A DNA stretch of 61,694 nucleotides, the filler included, from Chiloscyllium plagiosum (lineage: Eukaryota), in NCBI RefSeq assembly GCF_004010195.1. It is 4 parts of one record of this genome, joined end to end, with 100 filler letters (N's around TTAATTAATTAA, not from the genome) between each part and the next. Parts side by side here need not be neighbours in the genome. Positions count along the whole stretch, not along the records: positions 37,711 to 55,283 come from NC_057711.1; positions 55,384 to 61,694 come from NC_057711.1; 2 more parts are not named here. One strand, 5' to 3'. Made by a program: the position numbers and the translations under genes. Below, piece after piece: positions 50,630 to 61,694 of this stretch. The notes beneath the pieces are model-generated. The model was not told the DNA's origin. It did not search any database and worked only from the letters and a program-made list of their open reading frames with translations. The first letter of the stretch is position 1, and the number at the start of each line of letters is the position of its first letter.

Positions 50630-53319
50630 TGTTTCATGGCAAGTTATTTATAGAGACCTGTATTTGCTACAGTTCAACATATTTACCGGCAATAGAACAG
50701 TAGAGAATGCAAATCAATACAATAGATCATAACGAATTTTTTTAATGTTGTGAAAATAGCTACTGTTTTTAATTCAAACTGCAAAGAATATGAATCATAG
50801 TAAGAATGCTGAAGCACATTTTAATGTAGTAATTATTATCTTATTTTTTCAAATTGAAACTACAAACAACACTCATACCAGCCATAAAGTGTAGGTTAAA
50901 AATACCAAGAAATATTGCATAATTGAATGACTTTCAGTTGGCTTAGTGTATAAATGTACTACCTTGTGTGCAATAAACTCTATGGTTGAGAACAGTCACA
51001 GGTTTGTTCCCTGGGCTTTGCTGTATTTGCCAGTGCAGCAGTAGGAGCTGTACAGTTTGCCTGCCCCTGAATTTAGTGACATATTTGTTCTTTTGCAACT
51101 GCTTCTGCTCAGACACCGTGCATTAACAGCCAAGGTACCTACTCTGTGGTTCCTCTCTTTCAGTATCCTGCCTGTCATGTTCTCATGGTAATCAATCCTC
51201 AGTAATTTACGCTTCCTGACATTCTGCACAACTAAATTTTAATGATCGGATAACCTACACAGCTTACTGGAAAATGGATGTTGGGCGTCCAGGAGAATCA
51301 GGATTAGGAATGGCCCACAGAAGCAGCTATCTTGCCCAATATTCATTACTCGGACTCATCGTAAGGATAGGCTACCTAAACAGAGTAATGGAGGGTTGCC
51401 AACACTGATGAATTATCATCTTTAGGAGATGAAAGACAGACTAATAGGCTATCTAATAATTCAACATCTGTCAATTTCAGATCATTTCGTATCTATAATT
51501 CTGCACTTGGAATTAATTCCAATGAGTTATTGTGCTTTTGATGCAGTTTCATTATTATGTATCTCCTCTTCTAGCCCAAGAATCTTCCAAGATCACTACA
51601 CACCACCAATTGCACATACACAATTTTCATTGCTCCATCACTCTCAACTATTCATCTTAAATAGTTTTTTTTCAAGTTTACCCTAAGTTTCTCCACTTCT
51701 TCATCTTACTTTAAATCAATACTAGCTCTTTGACTAAGTTTTCAGTCACTTGTCTTCCTGTTATGGCATGGAGTCAAATGATAATACTTGCATGCAGCAG
51801 CTTGAGATGCATTAGAGATACTAAATAATGCAGGTTGTTGTTGTAATGTGATGCAGTTTATAGATTTATATAAGTTAACCCAAGCAACCCAAACCACAAG
51901 GAGTCAGATTATTATCAAATCAGATATTTTACAGCTTAGTTACAAGGCTAAGTATTTGCAAGGCTGCAATATCACCAACTTCGACGCACAGTCTGGATCT
52001 GTGTTTACTCATGTTACTGTACATTACATGCACATCCTGCAGAACCTTATAGGGACCTTAATGACATAGGCAATGGTGTGATTTGTGGCAGAAATAGATC
52101 TTAAGGCCAGTGAGGTTAATCTCAATATCGGCAGCAACACCTTGCACCTGTTATGTATCGGCCGAGTGGCAAAGTGAGTTTCATACTAGGAAGAGGAGAG
52201 CGGCCAAAGTCATGCCTCTATTTGCCTTGCTGCACTATGCCTGTTAGGTTCTGGCCCACGTGGCTATGCGCTAACGATGATCAGGACTGCTGTACTAACA
52301 TGCTGCTTTGCACAAATGTGTAGACAGGCTGCTTGTCATGCTTATCGGTTGGGATCTGTCCGTAGGTGGAGGAGACCTTGGTCTAGAACAAATCGAGATG
52401 TCAATACAACACCTACAGCATGAGCCAGCTGCCTGAGCGACAAACACATGTATGTTCATTCAGCCAAATGGTCATCTGAATGTGGGTGGAGACTAATCTT
52501 CAGTACAGTCAAGAGATAGTAGCTGTCAGCGAGTGAGTCCCGGTACTGTCAATCAACACTACAATCTACAAATAATGCAGGGACTTGGCCACAGTCAGCT
52601 ATCCATTTGCGTTGGACATGCTCAGGGGGTCTGTTTGACGACAGACTGGGGAGTGGGCCAAAGTCAGTCCTACAGGACCAGCTCAAACAGTCTGCAATAT
52701 TACCAGTTAGGGAACTGTAATTACAGTGGTCAAAGTGTGGTCAGTCATGTTTTGGGACTGCATGTTGAAGTCAATCAGAAGTCTGGAGTGAACGAAGTCC
52801 AGGGTACCATTACAGTGATCATTGAGGAGGGTGTTGGGACCACCTGGAGGGGCAGCAGGGAGAATGCTGCCAAAAATCGGTGGGGGAAATCAAGCTTGAG
52901 GGTGAGAAGCAGATGCAATTGTAGATGTGCAGGCAATGATAGTGACGGGGCAAAATCAAGGCATCTCCGAGAAGCAGCAATTAGTAGCAATGACTTGAAA
53001 AGAGGTACATGTTGGCCAAAACTCCCCCTGAACATGTGGAACTTTCAAGAGTACTATGGGACAATGAGAACATTGCTGCATCTTATGTTATTTAAGAATG
53101 ACAACGGACTTTACTGAATGCAGTGGTAAGTTCCGTGGTTGATATGGGCCTGGGATAGGAAGGGGTTCGAAGTATTGTAGGTCCTCCCTTGCTGATGTAA
53201 TGTATTGGCTACTCAGCTTGTGCAGCACGTTCCCCAGGGCTATTGTTGATCAGAATAATGGGCTGCTGAAAATGTGATTTCACTGATCAGACCTGTCTGT
53301 GGGAGGCCCTCCAGTATTC

Positions 53320-54920
53320 CACTTTCCAGTCCTCTGGGACCCTCCCTAACTCCAGTGCTACTTGAAAGATCACCAGCAATGCCTGCACAAACTCCTCAGT
53401 TTTCTACTTCAGAATCTTGAGTGCACTCCGTCCAGTCTGAGTAATTGTCTATCTTCAGACCTTTCATCCTACCCAGCACCATTACACTCACCTCTTTTGA
53501 AGTTGTGAAATGCTACTGTTATCTTCCAATGTGAAAGCTGATGCAAAGTACCTGTACAATTTCTACACCATTTCTTTGTTCCCCATTACTACTTCTCCAG
53601 TCTCAATTTCCAGTGGCCCAAGGTCCACTCTTGCCTCTATCTTATCTTATGAATATCTAAATAAACTCTTGCAATTTTTTTTATATTACTAATTAGCTTA
53701 CCCTCATATTTCATCTTCTCCCCCCTTACTGCTTCTTAGTTGTCCCCTGCTGGTTCTTAAAGGATTCCCAATCCTCTGGTTTCCCATTAATCTTCATCAC
53801 AATGCATGCTTTCTCGTTTGCTTTGATGCTATCCCTGACTTCCCTTGTCAGCCATGAGATGATTTTCTGGTGTGCCTTCCCGAATTAGAAACTCCTGCTG
53901 CTCCACCATCTTCCATGGTAGGTTCCCCATCCAATCTCTGGCCAACTCCTCTCTCATGTCTTTTTAGTTAACTTTACTCCATTGTAATACCATTACGTCT
54001 GATTAAAGTTTCTCCGACAGGGTGAATTGCCTCATTTTATGGTCAATGCCCCAAGGGATTTCCTTCATCTTAAACTCTCTAATCAGGTATGCCTCATTGC
54101 ATGAAACCAAGTCCAGAATTGCCTGTTCCCTGGTGGGCTCTAGAACAAGCTGTTTCAAAGATCCATCTCATCGATCCTTTTCTTGGGATCCACTATCTGA
54201 TTTTCATAGTCCACCTGCATATTGAAGACTCCATGATTATTTTAATAATGCCTTTCTTGTATGTCTTTTCTGTCTCCTAATTTATGTTCTTCCGCACATC
54301 CTGACTATTGCTGGGAGACCTGTACATATCACTTGACAGGATCTTTTTCCCTTTGCAGTTCCTCAACTCTATCCACACAGACTCTATACCTTCTCTCTCT
54401 ATATCACTTCTTGCTATCAATTTAATTTAATTTCTTACCAACAAGGCAATGCATCTCCTGCCCATCTGCCTGTATTTTCAATAGGACACATATCCTTGGA
54501 TATTTAGTTCCCAGCCCTGATCCCCTTCCAACACATCTCTGTGGTACCCAGAACATTGATCCTGACTATTTCAATCTGTGCTTCAAGTTAATTAACCTTG
54601 TTTTGTATACTACGTATGTTTAAGTAAAACACAGTCAGTCCTGCAGTGACTGCCCATTTCTCATAGTTGCCCCCTTATCCACTGTGTTTGTAGTTAGATT
54701 CCTGAGCCTTTCCATACTTTCTGTCCGTTTACTTGTTCTGGAAACTTTAATAATCTCTCCTGAACCCTTTCCTGCCTTTAACTTTTTCAATAATTGTCCT
54801 TGCAACTGAACCAATCCCCCACTTCTACTATTTAGTTTAAAGCCCTATCCACAGCCCTAGTTATGTGATTCACTAGGACTCTAGTTCCAGCTTGATTTGG
54901 TTTCCATTGGAACAGTTACC
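53320..54920 (-). mobile_element. Old CR1 LINE remnant
   Basis: Degenerate CR1 ORF1-end, endonuclease and linker sequence. Confidence 0.6.
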
Positions 54921-55252
54921 TCGTTCCCCAGTAGTGGTGTCAATGTCCTATGGATTTGAACCCACTTCTCCAACACTAAATTGGAGAAAGGCCAATTTTG
55001 ACAGTATTAGACAAGAACTTGTGAAAGCTGATTGGAGGCAGATGTTCGCAGGTAAAGGGACAGCTGGAAGATGGGAAGCCTTCAGAAATGAGATAACAAG
55101 AATCCAGAGAAAGTATATTCCTGACAGGGTGAAAGGAAAGGCTGATAAGTATAGGGAATGCTGGATGACTAAAGAAATTGAGGGTTTGGTTAAGAAAAGG
55201 AAGGAAGCATATGTAAGGTATGGACAGGATAGATCAAGTGAATCCTTAGGTA

Positions 55253-55695
55253 AACCATCTCCATCAGTGACGACCGACTTGACNNNNNNNNNNNNNNNNN
55301 NNNNNNNNNNNNNNNNNNNNNNNNNNNTTAATTAATTAANNNNNNNNNNNNNNNNNNNNNNNNNNNNNNNNNNNNNNNNNNNNCCTCCTCTAGCTTATCT
55401 CTCCATGCTTCAGGCTCTCTGCCTTTATTCCTGATGAAGGGCTTTTGCCCGAAACGTCGATTTTACTGCTCCTCGGATGCTGCCTGAACTGCTGTGCTCT
55501 TCCAGCACCACTAATCCAGAAACTACTTATCGCCTTCCCAGCTACCTTCTCATCCAGCCCCACCCTCCTAATTATCTTAGCCCCTATCCCCTCCAGTATT
55601 CCTGATGAAGGGCTTATACTCGATATGTTGATTCTCCTGCTCCTTGGATGCTGCCTCACCCGCTGTGCTTTTCAAGCAACATTTTTTTTGATTTC
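55253..55695 (+). mobile_element. PLE spanning a gap, followed by a second direct 3' repeat
   Basis: RT snippet before the gap, intact hammerhead core at 55431-55458, degenerate second core at 55602. Confidence 0.85.
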
Positions 55696-55713
55696 CACCC
55701 CACCCTGTCAAGT

Positions 55714-57526
55714 TAGTGTCATAGAGAGGTACAGCACGGAAATAGACCCTTAGGTTCAACTTGTCCATGCCAACCAGTTTTCCCAACTTAATCTAGTCCC
55801 ATTTGCCAGCACTTGGCCAATATCCCTCCAAACCTTTCCTATTCATATATCCATCCAGATGCCTTATAAATGTTGCAATTATACCAGCCTCCAGTGTTTC
55901 CTCTGGCAGCTCATTCCATGCACGCACCACCCTCTGCATGAAAAAGTTGCCCCTTAGGACCCTTTTATATCTTTCTCCTCTCACCATAAACCTATGCCCT
56001 CTAGTTCTGGATCCCCCGACCCCAGGGAAAATACTTCATTTATTTACCCTATCTATGCCCCCCATGATTTTATAACTCTATGAGGTCTCCCCTCAACCTC
56101 CAACGCTCCAGGGAAAACAGCCCCAGCCTGTTCAGACTCTCCCTATAGCTCAAATCCTCCAAACCTGGCAACATCCTTGTAAATCTTTTCTGAATCCTTT
56201 CACATTTCACAACATTTTTCCGATAGGGAGGAGACTAGAATTGCACGCAATATTCCAAAAGCGGCCTAACCAATGTCCTGTACAGCCGCAACATGACCTC
56301 CCAACTCCTGTACTCAATAAGACCATAAGACATAGGAGCGGAAGTAAGGCCATTCGGCCCATCGAGTCCACTCTACCATTCAATCATGGCTGATGGGCAT
56401 TTCAACTCCACTTACCCGCATTCTCCCCGTAGCCCTTAATTCCTTGTGACATCAAGAATTTATCAATTTCTGCCTTGAAGACATTTACCATCCCAGCCTC
56501 CACTGCAGTCTGTGGCAATGAATTCCACAGGCCCACCACTCTCTGGCTGAAGAAATATCTCCGCATTTCTGTTCTGAATTTACCCCCTCTAATTCTAAGG
56601 CTGTGTCCACGGGTCCTAGTCTCCTCGCCTAACGGAAACAATTTCCTAGCGTCCACCCTCTCCAAGCCATGTATTATCTTGTAAGTTTCTATTAGATCTC
56701 CCCTTAATCTTCTAAACTCCAATGAATACAATCCCAGGATCCTCAGCCGTTCCTCATATGTTAGACCTACCATTCCATCGATCATCCGTGTGAATCTCCG
56801 CTGGACACGCTCCATGCCAGTATGTCCTTCCTCAGGTGTGGGGACCAAAACTGGACACAGTACTCCAAATGGGGCCTATCCACAGCTTTATAAAGTATCA
56901 GTAGCACAACAGTGCTTTTATATTCCAACCCTCTTGAGATAATTGACAATACTCTGAGCAATAAAGGAAAGCATACCAAACACCATCTTCACTATCCTAT
57001 CTACTTGCGACTCTACTTTCAAGGAGATATGATCCTGCACTTCCAGGTCTCTATGTTCTGCAACACTCCCTACAACCTTACCATTAAGTGTATAAGTCCT
57101 GCTAAGATTTGCTTTCCCAAAGCGCAGCCCCTCGCATTTATCTAAATTAAACCCCATCTGCCACTTCTCAGCCCATTGCTTCATCTGATCAAGATCCCAA
57201 TGTAATCTGAGGTAACCTTCTTCATGTCCACTACACTTCCAATTTTGGTGTCATCTACAAACTTACTAAATATACCTCCTAGGTTCACATCCAAATCATT
57301 TATATAAATAACGAAAATTAGTGGACTCAGCATCGATCCTTGTGGAACTCCACTGGTCACAGGCCTCCAGTCTGAAAAACAACCCTCCACCACCATCCTC
57401 TGTCCTCTACCTTTAAGCCAGTTCTGTATCCAAATGGCTAGTTCTCCCTGTATTCCATGAGATCTCACCTTGCTAACCAGTTCCCCATGGGGAACATTAT
57501 CGAATGCCTTACTGAAGTCCATATAG
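55714..57526 (-). mobile_element. HER1/CR1 LINE with a younger CR1 nested inside (about 56319-56947)
   Basis: DFSKAFD, GVPQGS and FVDDTK motifs. The nested copy has an intact ORF2 C-terminus (56402-56848) and its own tail, flanked by caata. Confidence 0.9.
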
Positions 57527-57681
57527 CAGTATTTGGTGAGAAATGGGAATCCAGTAACAATCATGTAAAGAAGACAGTGTTGCAATAATAAAGAAGCCAA
57601 AAGAATCGCGGATGCTGTAAATCAGAAACAACTTCTGTTTTTGTTGCAATAATATAGATCTTCTCACACTTCAAATATCTT

Positions 57682-58215
57682 ATTTGATTTATTGTAGTCA
57701 CATGTACCCAAGCACAGTGAAAGGCTTTATTTTGCAAGCAGTTCAGGCAAATCATAGTAAGGAAGAACATACGGATGTTTACACAGAGTAAAGCATACAG
57801 GTTACACTGCGTAAGAGGTGTGCATAGCAGGATCAACATTAATAAGGTCAATATTATTTGAAGTTAGAGCCCATTCATCAGTCTAATAAGGGCAGGGAAG
57901 AAGCTGTTCATGAACCTGGGGTGTGTGCGTGTGTGTGTGTGTGTTTTCAAGCTTCTGTATCTTCTACCTGATGGAAGAGGTTGTAGGAGAGCATTACCAG
58001 GGTAGAAGAGGTCTTTATAATGGCAGTCTTTCCACGGCAAAGAGAAGCATAAATGGAGCCCATGGATGGGATGTTGGCTTCCGTGGTGATCTGGGGCTGT
58101 GCACACAACCTTCTGTAGTTTCTTACAGTCCTGCAGAGCAGTTGCCAGACCAGGTCGTTATGTACTCGGATAGTATGCTTTCTATGGTGCATCTGTAAAA
58201 GTTGGTGTGGGTCCT
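57682..58215 (-). mobile_element. Rex1/Babar LINE 3' fragment
   Basis: PGNALLQPLPSGRRYRSLKT..RFMNSFFPALIRL, the characteristic Rex1 C-terminus. Confidence 0.75.
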
Positions 58216-58224
58216 TTTGGCATG

Positions 58225-59545
58225 TCAAATACCAAAGAGGTTTACAGACAGTGATGTACTTTTGAAATGTAGTTGTGAGTGTAAAGTACGAAACAAGACA
58301 TCAGATTTGCGTACTGAAAATGCGTTGCTGGAAAAGCGCAGCAGGTCAGGCAGCATCCAAGGAGCAGGAGAATCGATGTTTCAGGCATGAGCCCTTCTTC
58401 AAGAATGAAGGGCTTCCTGATGAAGTGCTCATGCCCGAAATGTCGATTCTCCTGGTCCTTGGATGCTGCCTGACCTGCTGCGCTTTTCCAGCAACACATT
58501 TTCAGCTCTGATCTCCAGCATCTGCAGTCCTCACTTTCTCCTAGAAGATTTGCATACAGCAAACATGCACAATCAACAACATGATAACCATCCGATGATG
58601 TGGTTTTCTCAGTGGTGACGGCTGAACAATAACAGCTTCCAGGGCATGCACTCTTCTTCAAAATACAATACAATCAAGAACAGGAACAGGCCCTTCGGCC
58701 CACCAAGCCTGTGCCGATTCCTAATTCATTCGACCCACTACATATTGCCCATACCTGGTTTCTTTCCCTCTACTTGCCTCCTGTTCTTGCGTCTATCAAG
58801 TTACGCCTTAAACATTGCTAACGTGCCTGCTTCCACCATCCCCACTGTCAGTGCATTCCGGGTACCTACCACCCTCTGTATGAAAACTTTTCCTCGCATT
58901 TCTCCCTTAAGCATTCCCCCTCTCACCTTGAACCTGTGCCCTCTTGTAGTTGACCTTTCCACCCTGGGAGAAAATCTCTGACTATCTACTCCATCTATTC
59001 CTCCTCATAATTTTGTAGGCCTTTATCAGGTCATCCCTCAGCCTCCATTTTTTTCAGTGAAAGCAATCTGAGTTTAAGCAACCTTTCCTCATAACTAAAA
59101 TCCTCCAGACCAGGCAACATCCTAGTTAAACATCTGTGCACCCTCTCCAAAGCATCCACCTACTTCTGAGAGTGTGCTGACCAGAACTGCACACAATATT
59201 CAAAATGTGGCCTCAGTAAAGTTTTGTACAGCTGTGACATAACATGTCAACTTGTATATTCGATGCCCCAGCCGATGAAGGAAAATGTGCTGTATGCCTT
59301 TTGACCATCTTATCCATCTGGACTGGCAATTTCAGGCATTTGTGGATCTGTATGCCCAGATCCCTCTGTATCTCAATGTTCCTAAAGGTTCTGCAATCAA
59401 TAATATTGTTGGAACTTATATATCCACCTCTCATCTTTTTAAAAACTGCGTCTCTGACAATGCAGCACCACCTCTGTACGGCTGTGGACTATCAGTCTAG
59501 ATTTTGTGTTCAAGCCTCAAACTAATGTTCATTCTGACTCAGGGT
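58225..59545 (-). mobile_element. Deu-domain SINE split by a PLE fold-back insert (58312-58545) and a CR1 (about 58672-59400)
   Basis: SINE segments resume across both inserts. PLE TSD agatttgc(g/a)tac. Confidence 0.6.
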
Positions 59546-61454
59546 GCTTGTACAACATGGAGGAATTGTTTGGTCTGGTGAGAGATGAGGCAATTATATT
59601 CAGTTCTGAAGTTTTTGGTGGGTGATCCAGCAGCAACACTGCTGATAGCGTGCTGTAGCATTCTTCATTAGCTTTCTTGCCCATACTCTGTTAAATCAGT
59701 TACCAAAGATATGTCTTTACTGATGCTGCTGTACATCAGAACTATTCAATATGGGTATTCCAACCCTGAGATTCTGGCAAGATCAGACATGGAGATCAGC
59801 AGTATAAGAAAAAGAAGTAACCGGGGAGGGTAATAACAACAGTGTGTATATAAATAGGACCTTTAACACAGTATAATTCCCAAGGCATTTGTTGGGAATG
59901 TTATCAAACAAAATTTGGTACCCAGCACTATGAGGAAATATTCAAAGAGACCATTCTTTGTGCGCCTCAGCAATGTAATGTTAGGACATCATTGTAGTAA
60001 CAAATGCCTGTGGGATTCCTTAATACTATAGGATCCACACCTAGTTTCTTTTATTATGGGAGAAAACAGAAGCATCTGCGGTATAAAATAAAACACTCTG
60101 CTGGAGGCAAAATCGCCCAAACAATCAAAAGATCAGTTGAAGATGTGTGTCTTTAAGAGGCATTGTAAAAGAGAGTAGAGTGCTAAGAGCTGGAAACTTT
60201 TAGAAATGAAATTCTAGAGTTTAGAGACCAAGACATCTGAAAGCTCAATCACCAATGGAGGCATGATCTAAATAAGGTTTGCAAAAGAGACCAGAGAAAT
60301 GGATTCGTGTATAATATAAAATGGAAATCACAAGTCTTTTTGAGCCCATTTAATAGTCAAAGGAAAGGTGGGCCTCATAGGTACCAACGGGGATGTGGGT
60401 ACCGAACAAACATTTTGCATCTGTTTTTGTTAAAGGAGATGCTGCCAATGTTACAGTGAAGGAGGACATAGTGGAGAAATTGTGTTGGACTGGAATTTTC
60501 CAAACATTCTTGAACATGGAGGTGGTGTCAAAAGACTGGAAAAAAATGTGTTAAAGTGCTGTTCATCACAGTAAAGGAAGATAAGCTGGGAACGACAATC
60601 GAGTCAACTTAACCTCTGTCTTGGGCAAGCTGTTACAGACATTAATCTGGGACAAAATCAATTGACACTTTGAAAAGTAAGGTTTGTTAAATGAAAGCCA
60701 GCATGGACTTGTTAAAGACAAATCATATTCAATTTACAAACTTGGTTGCTTTGATAAAATAACTGTTGAAGTTTGCTCCCATTCACTAGGTTCTGATTCA
60801 CTCCCACCAATTTCAGGGCAGTTCTGGTTTAAAAACATGGCCAAGGGATTAAAATGAGCATGGCCTCAGCTATGAGCAGGGGTGGCACAGTGGCTTAGTG
60901 GTCAAATGGTGTGTTTCCACACTGCAGGGCTTCTATACTTTTTAAAAACTCTCCCTGTCAGGATATTTGAACTGCTTGTGCACCGGTCTAAACCAGACAT
61001 GCCACCCATTAAAATCGAGTGGAGACATAGTCTGGCCCTTTTCCATTTATTTCTCGAATCATTCACAGGAAGTGAAAGTAACCGGCAAGAGCGGCATTTG
61101 CTGCTCATCCCATTAAAATCTTAGGGCTTACTAGGCTGTTTCAGAGAGCCACTTGTAGGTCACACCAGGTAAGAGAAGCAATTTCCTTCCTTCATGAAAC
61201 AGAAGTTTTTAGCACAATCCTAGAATTTCATGACCATTATTACTGATACTAATGTTTTATTCCAGGTTTACCTTTTTATGAACTGAATTTAAATTCCCTA
61301 GCCGCTGAGGGGGATTTAAACCTGTATTTCTTGATCATTATTGCAGGTTTCTGGATTATTAACATAACCTCTCTGCTCCAGTATGCTCACTGGAATTTTA
61401 ACTATGTTTGCATTCCTTATAGCCCTGATGTTTAGACGTCCTGGGATGTCAGGT

Positions 61455-61694
61455 AAAAACAATGACTGCAGATGCTGGAAACCAGATTCTGGATTAGAGT
61501 GGTGCTGGAAGAGCACAGCAGTTCGGGCAGCATCCGAGGAGCAGTAAAATCAACGTTTCAGGCAAAAAGCCCTTCATCAGGAATAAAGGCAGAGAGCCTG
61601 AAGGGTGGAGAGTTAAATGAGAGGAGGGTGGGGGTGGGGAGAAAGTAGCATAGAGTACAATAGGTGAGTGGGGGAGGGGATGAAGGGGATAGGT
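61455..61694 (-). mobile_element. PLE 3' end, running off the window
   Basis: Near-identical to 41963-42151, with a hammerhead core at about 61552-61579. Confidence 0.9.

Noticed and set aside
52533..53117. 194-aa plus-strand ORF
   Set aside because: No recognisable motif. The minus strand looks weakly like an old LINE endonuclease (LLIDFN), too faint to call.
61068..61077. ETS-IRF composite motif GGAAGTGAAA
   Set aside because: Single 10-mer with no supporting context.

Overview
Repeat-saturated, apparently non-genic vertebrate DNA from a shark/elasmobranch assembly. The taxon is inferred from HE1-type tRNA SINEs, HER1/CR1 LINEs and Deu-domain SINEs. I found no convincing host exon. The window is a nested transposon graveyard: many CR1 LINE pieces, Penelope-like elements (PLEs) with minimal hammerhead motifs and short fold-back derivatives, a young Tx1 LINE (three-knuckle ORF1 plus APE endonuclease), three solo LTRs with 4-bp TSDs, two decayed Ty3/Gypsy elements, and Harbinger, Rex1 and RTE remnants. 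There are four assembly gaps. The standout is on the minus strand at 39498-41542: the 5' half of an R2 retrotransposon sitting outside rDNA. It has a three-zinc-finger plus Myb N-terminus, the start of the RT domain, a recognisable HDV-like ribozyme, and a ~20-nt piece of the 28S target site at its 5' end that starts where such ribozymes cleave. All family calls come from manual translation and recalled motifs, not database searches, and boundaries of old repeats are approximate.
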